Positions 40,211 through 49,101 of a stretch of DNA of 64,000 nucleotides are shown here, one piece after another. A model generated the notes under the pieces. It did no database searches. It was not told the DNA's origin and worked only from the letters and a program-made list of their open reading frames with translations. The position numbers were made by a program, and so were the translations under genes. The stretch's first letter is position 1. Each line of letters opens with the position of its first letter. Origin of the DNA: Pseudomonadota bacterium (GTDB lineage Bacteria > UBA10199 > 2-02-FULL-44-16 > JBDRGF01); assembly GCA_043818055.1 (NCBI GenBank), contig JBDRGF010000033.1, positions 32,001-96,000 on the forward strand, in the 5' to 3' direction.

Positions 40211-41649
40211 AATCTAATAGATGTAGGGGCAGACCCCCGTGTCTGCCCGAGGGCTGACGCATAAGAAGATGAGACAGAATCACAAATATATTCCATATTT
40301 TCTTCGAAAACTGTAAACACGTCTAAAATAAAATTTCCCTTACGTAATACTCCAATGATAGGATGATCTGATTTTAGAAGTTTATAGTAAAATTGTTCGG
40401 CGAGCTTCGCGTCCTTTGATTTTGAAGATTGATCGAATTCAATTTTTACGGCGAAACTTTTCAATTTCAAATTTGGCAGTGAACCTCCACCTACCTGTGC
40501 AAAACTGTCGACTACTTTGCATCTCACACCGGCTTTCGTAAGTTCGTTTTGAAAACTCGAGGCCAATGCATTTAGCTCCTTATCAGAACGATTCAACATC
40601 GAAAAGAGGGGGTTCGATTTAAGAAGGCTATTTTCATCAAGATACTCTCTACATGCTGCGGAGAGTATCGCCAGTGTCAGTTTGCCAACTCTTAGAGCCC
40701 TCATCATCGGGGCTTTATCGAGTTTTCGTATCAAGGCATTCCTTCCCGCTACGACACCACCCTGGGGTCCTCCGAGAAGTTTATCACAGCTGAATGTAAC
40801 AAGGTCAGCGCCACTTTCCAGGGCTGATTTTACATTCGGTTCGTCATTCATGGGAAGGCCATCAATATTCTTGAGCAATCCGGAACCTATATCATATAAC
40901 AGTAGCAAATTATTAGAATGCGCGAGTTTGGAGAGGTCATTCACATCCACATCCTCTGTGAAACCTTGAATTGTGTAATTGGATGTATGTGCCTTGAATA
41001 TCATCCCTGTCTTAGGCGTGATCGCATCTTCGAAATCTTTTATGCGCGTCTTGTTAGTCGCTCCAACTTCGACCATCTTCACACCAGCCGCCCTCATAAT
41101 CTCGGGGATGCGAAATGATCCTCCGATTTCGATGAGTTCGCCACGGGAAATTATTATCTCCTTTCCCCTGGTCAAAGTATTTAATGCCAGAATTATTCCA
41201 GCTGCATTATTGTTGACTACGATTGCATCTTCAGCACCTGTAAGATATTTGATGAGCTCAGTTACATGTATACTTCGACTTCCGCGCTTTCCATTTTCAA
41301 GGTCGAACTCTAAGTTTGAATAACCTGTGAGAATTTCAACAGCATCCTCAACAGCCTTTCTCCCAATCGGCGCCCGTCCCAAATTGGTATGAAGGACGAC
41401 GCCAGTAGCGTTGATGACAGGCTTTAGTGATTTGCCAGCGATAGATTCTACCAGCTCTTTAACCTTTGAAACCAGCTGATCATCTGTGGATGCCTGTTTT
41501 TCGGATTGTATCTCGACTCTTGCAACATTAATCGAACTACGCACCGCATAGGTGACAAGCTCCCTGCCATATTCTTCCGACAGGGCTTTAATCTCAGGAT
41601 ACTCAAGCACCCTATCCACTCCCGGCAATTTCCTAAATTCATTTCCCAT
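40207..41649 (-). CDS. selA: L-seryl-tRNA(Sec) selenium transferase
   Basis: VINATGVVLHTNLGRA, VNNNAA, SRGELIEIGGSFRIP, FSCDKLLGGPQ. Confidence 0.97.
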   Translation of the reverse strand: MGNEFRKLPGVDRVLEYPEIKALSEEYGRELVTYAVRSSINVARVEIQSEKQASTDDQLVSKVKELVESIAGKSLKPVINATGVVLHTNLGRAPIGRKAVEDAVEILTGYSNLEFDLENGKRGSRSIHVTELIKYLTGAEDAIVVNNNAAGIILALNTLTRGKEIIISRGELIEIGGSFRIPEIMRAAGVKMVEVGATNKTRIKDFEDAITPKTGMIFKAHTSNYTIQGFTEDVDVNDLSKLAHSNNLLLLYDIGSGLLKNIDGLPMNDEPNVKSALESGADLVTFSCDKLLGGPQGGVVAGRNALIRKLDKAPMMRALRVGKLTLAILSAACREYLDENSLLKSNPLFSMLNRSDKELNALASSFQNELTKAGVRCKVVDSFAQVGGGSLPNLKLKSFAVKIEFDQSSKSKDAKLAEQFYYKLLKSDHPIIGVLRKGNFILDVFTVFEENMEYICDSVSSSYASALGQTRGSAPTSIRL

Positions 41650-41718
41650 ATGTAATAAATTATTTCCTTAATAACTTACGCACTCAAGCACTTCTACACT
41701 TAAACACTGTTTTTCTTG

Positions 41719-41810
41719 CAGAGAGGGCAGGAATCGAACCTGCCACAGACGGTTTTATCCGGCCGCTACTGGCTTTGAAGGCCAGCTAAAACACCAGTTT
41801 ATTCCTCTCT
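41719..41810 (-). tRNA. selC: tRNA-Sec (anticodon UCA)
   Basis: CTGGC-CTTCAAA-GCCAG anticodon arm, long variable arm, GCAGG-TTCGATT-CCTGC T-arm, G discriminator; directly upstream of selA; CCA not encoded. Confidence 0.93.
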
Positions 41811-41990
41811 ATTCATGCCGACTTATGTGGAATCAACATAACTTTAATTCCTGGTCAATATAAATTCTATTTATGGAGATTTAAAAAATATTTAGGTGGT
41901 CGAATAAATCATGAATTACAACAGGTTAGAAAGGATGATCTCAGGGTTGAAATTTGACAAAGGGAGATAAAAGGAGCAAAATCTGCTTTA

Positions 41991-42163
41991 GATTTTTGAA
42001 AACTTAAGCACGGGGACAGAGATTTGAATTAAGAATGCTCTCACTTCCCAGGGGGTGAAATAAATTTCATTTACTGGAGAAAAGTGTAACAGTTCTTTGC
42101 GCCAAAGGGAGGCTTGCGGCTGCTTCAAACCCTGTTCCCCGTGTTTAAGTTTTCAAAACAATC
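41991..42163 (+). ncRNA. Candidate structured RNA or MITE forming a long imperfect hairpin
   Basis: 41994-42028 pairs with 42124-42158 and inner stems also pair; TTGACA-N17-CAAAAT at 41954-41982 just upstream. Confidence 0.35.
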
Positions 42164-42233
42164 AGTTAATATTTTCAATCAGTTATTCCTTAATACATGA
42201 AATTTTGAACCGTTCAAGAGATTTTAGTGATTT

Positions 42234-43022
42234 TTATTCTTTTGAGGATAAAATTAACTGTTTATTCTCGTCCATAATTTCAAAATTGTTTAAATATATC
42301 AAATGCATATACTTTGCCTTGTCATAATTATTTTTTCTGTTATCAACAATAAAATTCGAAACTGCTGAATGCAAATTACTTATCTGTTCCGTTAAATAGT
42401 ATAATTGAGACTCTGTAAACCAATTCAAATGAATTCTTGAAATCACTTTATTACTAGAACCATGTGATTGGTTGGGACTTTTAAAATATCTTTTAAAAAC
42501 CGGTTCGTGTATCCTTAAAAATGTTTTAATAAACTTTTTTGACCTTCCCAATTGATATCTTGTATGTGTTGGGGGATTTATCAATAGTTTCCCGTCCGGC
42601 CTACAAATCACGACGTCTTTTCTCTTGAGCATTTCAATTAACTCTGCAACTTGTTTCTTCTTATCTGAAAAACATTCAACAATTTCTTCCTTGGAAAGTG
42701 GCCACTTCAATAGAAGAATCATAATGTAAACAGAAATCTCACTTGTACACCAGGCATCAGACTCCTCCTCCTCAAAAATATACAGCCTGTTATCCGGCCT
42801 CATAGTTTCGGAAAAGATGTCCGATATTTCAATATTAAGAAACGAACAGATGCTATCCAACTGAGAGATGCTCATTTTGGATTCACATTTAAACATGCGA
42901 GAAATTAACGAAGGGGTTAGCTGCAAAGCTGCGGCTAAATCCTTTCTTCTAAGGCCTTTTAGCTTAATAATTTCGTCCAACCTTTTGCAAACTTTATTTT
43001 GTAGCGCTATATTGTCTTTCAT
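42234..43022 (-). CDS. XRE-family HTH transcriptional regulator with C-terminal domain of unknown function
   Basis: GLRRKDLAAALQLTPSLISRMF HTH. Confidence 0.75.
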   Translation of the reverse strand: MKDNIALQNKVCKRLDEIIKLKGLRRKDLAAALQLTPSLISRMFKCESKMSISQLDSICSFLNIEISDIFSETMRPDNRLYIFEEEESDAWCTSEISVYIMILLLKWPLSKEEIVECFSDKKKQVAELIEMLKRKDVVICRPDGKLLINPPTHTRYQLGRSKKFIKTFLRIHEPVFKRYFKSPNQSHGSSNKVISRIHLNWFTESQLYYLTEQISNLHSAVSNFIVDNRKNNYDKAKYMHLIYLNNFEIMDENKQLILSSKE

Positions 43023-43184
43023 TAGCCGTTCTCCTTCTTACATGACAAAAGATTCAATTGCAAGCACTAAATTGAATATCTTTCAACTTGCAAATCTCAT
43101 TCAACTTTTTCTTGACCTAACCGTGTAAATAACATAATCAGCCAAGATGCAAAATATCACTAATAGCGAGTTTGAGAGGTATCA

Positions 43185-44198
43185 ATGAAAACTTGTTTTG
43201 ACAAGGAGAAAAAGGACATCCTGATGGGGGAGTTGGATAACATAGATGTATCATCGCGCATCGTTGGAAAAAGCAAAAACTTGACAGGGTTGCTTCAGAA
43301 GGCACGCATGGTAAAGGGACATCACGACGCCAACGTCCTGATCGAAGGCGAGAGCGGCACGGGGAAGGAATTGCTGGCGAGATACATCCATAGTCTTGAA
43401 GGTGATACAAAACGGCCGCTGATTGTTGTGAATTGTGCGGCTATTCCGGAAAATCTGATCGAATCTGAGTTGTTTGGTCATGAAAGAGGCTCCTTCACAG
43501 GGGCTACAAAGAAAAAAATTGGGAAATTCGCCTTAGCCGACGAGGGAGATGTCTTTCTCGATGAGATCAGCACCTTAAAAATCGAAACACAGGCAAAGCT
43601 TTTGAGAGTATTGCAAGAGAAAGAATTCTGTCCAATAGGCAGCAATTTCCCCGTGAGATCAAGTTTTCGGGTGATAGCTGCATCCAATGAGAATCTGGAA
43701 ATGATGATTGCTCAGGGCAGGTTTCGCTTAGATCTGTACCACCGCCTGAAGATCATAACACTGACAACGCCGCCCCTCAGAGATCGAAAAGAGGACATAG
43801 AAGCGCTCGTTTTGTATTTTCTAAAAAAGTTCAGCGCACAAGGTAAATTAAAGAAGATATCAAAATCGACAATTGAAAAGCTAAAGAAATACGATTGGCC
43901 AGGGAATATAAGAGAACTAGAAAATGTGATTCACAACGCAGCGATATTCACAGAGAGCTATTTTATAGAAGAAAACGACATCTCGATTCCAGCTCGCACA
44001 TCAGCTGCTCACACAGGAATGATGAATCTTTCACCTATGGTAACAGGCACCGTCATGCCACTGAAAACACTTCTTTCAAAGATTGAGAGAGAGTATATAA
44101 AAGAGTCTATCAGCTTTATGAATGGCGAGAAGGCAAAAGCCGCAAAGCATCTTGGCATTGGCAGAACGACGCTCTTTACAAAGTTGAAGAAAATGTAA
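43185..44198 (+). CDS. Sigma54-dependent activator (AAA+ and Fis HTH) lacking an N-terminal sensor domain
   Basis: GESGTGKE, ESELFGHERGSFTGA, FLDEI, RFRLDLYHRL, WPGNIREL, C-terminal HTH. Confidence 0.92.
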   Translation: MKTCFDKEKKDILMGELDNIDVSSRIVGKSKNLTGLLQKARMVKGHHDANVLIEGESGTGKELLARYIHSLEGDTKRPLIVVNCAAIPENLIESELFGHERGSFTGATKKKIGKFALADEGDVFLDEISTLKIETQAKLLRVLQEKEFCPIGSNFPVRSSFRVIAASNENLEMMIAQGRFRLDLYHRLKIITLTTPPLRDRKEDIEALVLYFLKKFSAQGKLKKISKSTIEKLKKYDWPGNIRELENVIHNAAIFTESYFIEENDISIPARTSAAHTGMMNLSPMVTGTVMPLKTLLSKIEREYIKESISFMNGEKAKAAKHLGIGRTTLFTKLKKM

Positions 44199-44343
44199 CT
44201 ATTCAGGTACCCTGATAACATATTGAAATGATTGACGTTGTATAACCCTGTTTGTCATCCCCGACTTGATCGGGGATCCAGGAAAGCCTTATTGTATTTG
44301 GATTCCCGCCTACGCTGAAATGACAGATACCTGAATAGTTACA
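44194..44343. mobile_element. MITE-like element with 16-bp perfect terminal inverted repeats enclosing a REP-like palindrome
   Basis: tgtaactattcaggta / tacctgaatagttaca; internal tgtcatcccc...tgaca at 44253-44325. Confidence 0.7.
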
Positions 44344-44563
44344 AAGTTTTTTGAATATCAGATGGCCTCATTACCCAACTTTCATTTATAAGTCCATAAA
44401 AAAATTTTATAGACCTTTCCTCTTATCATAAATTATTCTCATAATATAACCGCCCGCTACACAAAAAACTAAGAATATCATATAGTTACATATAGTATCC
44501 CAACCTCTCAAATAGTCATTTGCCCTTGCAGAATTCCCCTTTTCAAAGTACTAAATCTATAAA

Positions 44564-45151
44564 ATGAAGATAGATTTTGAAGCATTCATACTTGCCGGGG
44601 GAAAATCTAGCCGATTCGGCTCTAACAAGGCGCTCGTCAAACTCAATGAGGAAACCCTGCTTGAAATCATACTCGGAAAGCTAAGGCAAATTTTTCCAAA
44701 GGTTACAATTGTTGTTAAAGATTCCGCACAGGTCACAACACTAAAAATTGACCATATCGTGGACAACCATCAATACCCGGGTGCCCTTGCCGGGATTGCG
44801 ACTGCCCTTTCCACAGCTAAAGCCCAGAAAATTTTTATTGTCTCATGCGACCAGCCACTGATCGATCACAAGGTGATCGATAAAATTCTTCAAAACGCGG
44901 GAGATGAGGAATTGTTGCTCCCGGTTGTCGATGGATTCAAACAACCGCTGCAAGCCCTATATGATAAAAAAGCATATCTTAAGTTGCCCGGCGACTTGAA
45001 TGCTGCGCTTCCTGATTTTACCTGTAAGTTGATCACGAGGCAGATGCTCCGAGGTGAGTTTTGCGGGATCCCAAATTTTGAGAAGTCCTTTGTCAACGTC
45101 AACACACAAAGCGACTTTGAACGCGTCAAAAGAATATGGAGAAACCTATGA
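44564..45151 (+). CDS. mobA: Molybdenum cofactor guanylyltransferase
   Basis: ILAGGKSSRFGSNKA, VSCDQP, QPLQALY, NVNT. Confidence 0.88.
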   Translation: MKIDFEAFILAGGKSSRFGSNKALVKLNEETLLEIILGKLRQIFPKVTIVVKDSAQVTTLKIDHIVDNHQYPGALAGIATALSTAKAQKIFIVSCDQPLIDHKVIDKILQNAGDEELLLPVVDGFKQPLQALYDKKAYLKLPGDLNAALPDFTCKLITRQMLRGEFCGIPNFEKSFVNVNTQSDFERVKRIWRNL

Positions 45152-46026
45152 AAAAAATATTAAAACTAACCCTATGTATTGCTATGATTTTTAGCAGCTC
45201 AATTGCGTTTGCCAAAGAAAAAGCAATAATCCTGGCAACAACTACAAGCACTGAAAACTCAGGACTTCTGGACTACATTCATCCCGATTTCACTCAAAAA
45301 ACAGGGATTAAGGTCAAAGTCGTTGCTAAGGGGACAGGCGCCGCACTCAAGATGGCGATGGATGGGAATGCCGATATTGTAATGGCGCACGCAAAGAATC
45401 GTGAGTTAAAATTCGTAGAAGAGGGATATGGAATAGACAGACATGAATTCATGCATAACGATTTTATCATAGTCGGACCTGCGAGCGATCCGGCAGACAT
45501 TTATGGAATGACAGATGCGGCATCAGCGTTGTCTAAAATTGCAAAATTTAAGAAGACCCCCTTTATCTCGCGGGGTGATAACTCCGGCACTCATATCAAA
45601 GAGCAACAGCTCTGGAAGAATTCGACAGCTGATCTAATAGAAGATAATCAAGATGTAATGGCAGAAGGTCAAATAAAGAACGTAAAATCTATTAGGCCAA
45701 AAGGGAGATGGTATCTCTCCGTCGGCCAGGGCATGGCAAAGACATTTGGAATCGCCTATGAAAAGAATGCCTATACTATAATAGATAGAGGCACCTTTAT
45801 CGCGCTATCCGATAAATATAAGCTCAAAATCATGGTGGAGGGAGATCCAAAGCTCTTCAATCAATATTCGATCATGGCCGTCAATCCAAAGAAATATCCG
45901 CACGTGAAATATAAATACTCAAAAAAATATATAGACTGGATCCTCTCTCCTTCGACTCTGAAGATGATTGCGAACTACAAGATCAAGGGAGAGCAGCTCT
46001 TTTTTCCTGAAAAGATGCCCGATTGA
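45148..46026 (+). CDS. tupA: Tungstate ABC transporter substrate-binding protein
   Basis: Signal peptide, LATTTSTENSGLL (TTTS motif), FISRGDNSGTH. Confidence 0.9.
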   Translation: MKKILKLTLCIAMIFSSSIAFAKEKAIILATTTSTENSGLLDYIHPDFTQKTGIKVKVVAKGTGAALKMAMDGNADIVMAHAKNRELKFVEEGYGIDRHEFMHNDFIIVGPASDPADIYGMTDAASALSKIAKFKKTPFISRGDNSGTHIKEQQLWKNSTADLIEDNQDVMAEGQIKNVKSIRPKGRWYLSVGQGMAKTFGIAYEKNAYTIIDRGTFIALSDKYKLKIMVEGDPKLFNQYSIMAVNPKKYPHVKYKYSKKYIDWILSPSTLKMIANYKIKGEQLFFPEKMPD

Positions 46027-46057
46027 TTAAACTGCATCTTCAAAAATTTTTCTTTAA

Positions 46058-46190
46058 ATATAGCTGCCGCAAAACGCACTCTCTATTTTGTAGGGGCGGC
46101 CCCCTGTGGCCGCCCGCGGGTAAGCACGGGGGCTTCCCCCTACATCAATAAATTATACAAAACGGACAATTTGTTTTGCGGTAGCTATAT
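46058..46190. mobile_element. MITE-like element (18-bp IR, 1 mismatch) enclosing a GTAG-type REP doublet
   Basis: atatagctgccgcaaaac / gttttgcggtagctatat; internal gtaggggcggcccc...cccctac at 46090-46143. Confidence 0.65.
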
Positions 46191-46217
46191 CTGATCAAAC
46201 TATGATAAAAGGACGAA

Positions 46218-46910
46218 ATGTTTTTGGATTCTATACAACAAGCCCTGCTCAACATCACAAACCTCAACCCTGAACTACTAAACATCGTTTTGAGGTCGCT
46301 CCTGCTCGCTACAACATCGACTTTTGTTGCGGCGATCGTCGGCATATCGCTTGGAATATCGATCGCCAGATCCAATTTTTCAGGAAAGAGACTTATCATT
46401 TCCCTCATCAACACAGGAATGGCATTTCCAACAGTTGTAGTGGGCATTGTCCTCTACTGCATCCTCTCCAAAAACGGCCCCCTTGGAATTTATTCCCTCC
46501 TCTATACAAAAATAGCAATAATTCTGGGGCAGATAGTTTTAGGGCTGCCCATCGTCATAGCGATAACGATCAGCTCCATCTCCCATCTCGACAAAAATCT
46601 CTTTAAACTTATCGACATCTTCAATGCCCGGGGAAGCCTTAAGCTTTTTACTATACTAAAAGAGGCCAGATTTGGAATCATTACTGCAATCGTCGCCTGC
46701 TTCGGAAGGGTGATAGCAGAGGTTGGAGTATCGATGATACTGGGCGGCAATATCAAAGAATACACCCGCACGATGACGACAGCGATCGCGCTCGAACACG
46801 ACAAGGGGGAACTATCATTGGCCCTGGCACTTGGAATTATCCTCCTTTGCATATCGCTTGGCGTCAACATCCTCTTTCAACACTATAAGCCCCATGAAAG
46901 GGAAGCATGA
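46218..46910 (+). CDS. tupB: Tungstate ABC transporter permease
   Basis: PTVVVG, FGRVIAEVG, GGNIKEYTRTMTTAIAL. Confidence 0.9.
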   Translation: MFLDSIQQALLNITNLNPELLNIVLRSLLLATTSTFVAAIVGISLGISIARSNFSGKRLIISLINTGMAFPTVVVGIVLYCILSKNGPLGIYSLLYTKIAIILGQIVLGLPIVIAITISSISHLDKNLFKLIDIFNARGSLKLFTILKEARFGIITAIVACFGRVIAEVGVSMILGGNIKEYTRTMTTAIALEHDKGELSLALALGIILLCISLGVNILFQHYKPHEREA

Positions 46911-47905
46911 TCGAGATAAACGGACTGACAATTTCAAAGGGATCAAAAAAGATACTCGACATCGATCACTTAAAACTCGAATCCGGGAAGGTCACAGCGA
47001 TATTGGGACCCAACGGCTCCGGTAAAACAACGCTCCTCGAGACTATAGCCCTCCTCAACAGGGATGAGCTATCAAAAATCAAATTTGACGGAAGCGATAT
47101 CACACTTGAAAATCTTCCCCAGTTAAAAAGATCTATTGCGCTCCTGTTGCAAAGGCCGACGCTATTTGAATCTCCGGTCATCGACAACGTCTGCTTCGGC
47201 CTGATCGCCAAGGGCTTTTCCAAAAGAGAGGCTACTCCCCGGGCGATTGAGATGTTAAAAAGACTTGGCATCGATCATATATCAAAAAGAACCCCCACCT
47301 CGCTATCAGGCGGGGAACGGCAGAGGGTCTGCCTAGCCGCTCTTCTCGTTTTAAAACCAAAATGGTTGCTATTGGATGAACCATTTTCAAACATCGATAC
47401 AGAAAATCGCGAGATGTTCAAAAGGCTGATCACAGAGCTATCCAAAGTAGGCGTCGGGGTGATATACTCGAGCCATAGAGTTCCAGAGGCGGTTCTCCTC
47501 TCCGACCATATCTATCACCTTTATGAAGGCAGGCTTTCCGAAGAGGTGATGGAGAATGTATTCACTGTCGAGATCCTCAAAGAGGGGGAAGAGAGATTCT
47601 TCGAGCTTGCCAGAAAACAAAGGATCTACATAGCAGATGATCTTGAGGGAATCTGTCGAATCTCGATCGATCCCAAAAATCTGATACTCTCCCTGAAGCC
47701 ATTCAAATCGAGCGCTAGAAATATGCTGATCGGAAAGGTGATATCGATATCCTCTCATCACGATCTCGTTCGGGTCGAAATGGATGCAGGAATCCCTCTC
47801 CATGCGATCATAACGCACCAATCGTTGGAGGAATTGAAGCTCATCCCAGAGAAGAACATCATAGTCTCATTCAAGGCGACTGCTATTAAGGTGATCAAGA
47901 TTTGA
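46907..47905 (+). CDS. tupC: Tungstate ABC transporter ATPase with C-terminal TOBE domain
   Basis: GPNGSGKT, LSGGERQR, LLDEP, SSARN...FKATA. Confidence 0.88.
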   Translation: MIEINGLTISKGSKKILDIDHLKLESGKVTAILGPNGSGKTTLLETIALLNRDELSKIKFDGSDITLENLPQLKRSIALLLQRPTLFESPVIDNVCFGLIAKGFSKREATPRAIEMLKRLGIDHISKRTPTSLSGGERQRVCLAALLVLKPKWLLLDEPFSNIDTENREMFKRLITELSKVGVGVIYSSHRVPEAVLLSDHIYHLYEGRLSEEVMENVFTVEILKEGEERFFELARKQRIYIADDLEGICRISIDPKNLILSLKPFKSSARNMLIGKVISISSHHDLVRVEMDAGIPLHAIITHQSLEELKLIPEKNIIVSFKATAIKVIKI

Positions 47906-47961
47906 TTTAGACATAAGTCATATCATGTGCTATCATTCGCAAAAATAAAAAGGGGGGATAT

Positions 47962-48423
47962 ATGAATTTTAAAAGGATCTTAATCGCAACGGTCGTAGTA
48001 ACAATCGTAAACGCACTCTTTGGCTGGCTCACATGCGGCTGGCTCTTCAACTGGGTATATCAGCTGGAGCCGGTGAACGTCTGGATCGCTGAGGCTGAGA
48101 TGACCCCGACTTTCATGCTCTGGGCAAATTTGGGAAGCTTAGTCATCGCCTTTTTGTTCGTACTGATCTTCGCCCGCCTTCAGGATTGCCTTCCAGGTAA
48201 ATGCCGATGCTGTAGGGGTATATCGTATGGCGTGATCGTGTGGCTGCTGGGCGTGCTTCCAGGCATGTTCTCGATCTACATGTTCATGAACATAAATAAA
48301 ACCGTGCCGATCTACTTGGCGCTGAGCGGACTGGTCAGAATGTTGATCTTGGGTGGAATAACAGGTCTAATCGTCAACAAGAAGGTAGAAGGTGAAAGCT
48401 GCTGCTGCGGTTCTGGTAAATAA
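47962..48423 (+). CDS. Four-TM membrane protein of unknown function
   Basis: Four hydrophobic helices, G-rich RBS. Confidence 0.7.
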   Translation: MNFKRILIATVVVTIVNALFGWLTCGWLFNWVYQLEPVNVWIAEAEMTPTFMLWANLGSLVIAFLFVLIFARLQDCLPGKCRCCRGISYGVIVWLLGVLPGMFSIYMFMNINKTVPIYLALSGLVRMLILGGITGLIVNKKVEGESCCCGSGK

Positions 48424-48444
48424 CAAAACAATCAATTGATTTGC

Positions 48445-48474
48445 AAAAAGGCCGCTATCAATAGCGGCCTTTTT
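48445..48474. terminator. Bidirectional intrinsic terminator
   Basis: aaaaaggccgctat-ca-atagcggccttttt between convergent genes. Confidence 0.8.
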
Positions 48475-48491
48475 AGTACAAAAGATATCTT

Positions 48492-48983
48492 CTATTTTTT
48501 TAAATCTTTAGAATCAATTTTAATTTCTAAATCCTTAGGATCGATATTAATCTTCACTTCCGGGCAATCAAATTCCAACATTTCGATATGTTCACCGCTT
48601 CTGATCAATGCGTCCGTAACCTTCTGCGAAAATTTCTCCATATCTTTCAACATTTTTATGATCGCACGATCCTCTAACGTCGGTTTTGAAGTTGGCTTGG
48701 ATGTCGGGGCAGGTCTGCTTGTCGGCTTTGACGTTGATTGTTTTGTTACCTGCTCTGGGGTTTTTAGATATCTTCCAGGTTTAAAACGAGGCTCAAACTG
48801 ACTTAAGTTAAACGAATCCATTTCGATATGTTCCGATACCATCGGCTTAGACTTTTCCAAAGACTCTAAGTACCGAGAAATCTGATCGTCATTCAACGAT
48901 ACAGGTTTAGAGATCGGCTTTCTCTTTTTCACCGGCTGTGATGCTGGTGCTTTTACCTTCACTGGTTTTGCTTTAATCTTCAT
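48492..48983 (-). CDS. Hypothetical K/P/S/T-rich protein
   Basis: RBS aaggag before MKIKAK; internal (P)TSK repeats; preceded by a sigma28-like motif. Confidence 0.55.
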   Translation of the reverse strand: MKIKAKPVKVKAPASQPVKKRKPISKPVSLNDDQISRYLESLEKSKPMVSEHIEMDSFNLSQFEPRFKPGRYLKTPEQVTKQSTSKPTSRPAPTSKPTSKPTLEDRAIIKMLKDMEKFSQKVTDALIRSGEHIEMLEFDCPEVKINIDPKDLEIKIDSKDLKK

Positions 48984-49101
48984 AAAATTCTCCTTTTTAA
49001 AATTTCCCCCAGAATTGTTATCTATACTACCATTATCGGGTGAAAGTACAAAAATGTTGCTAGCATTATGTAAAAAAAATAAAGGCAATAATATCAATGC
49101 G

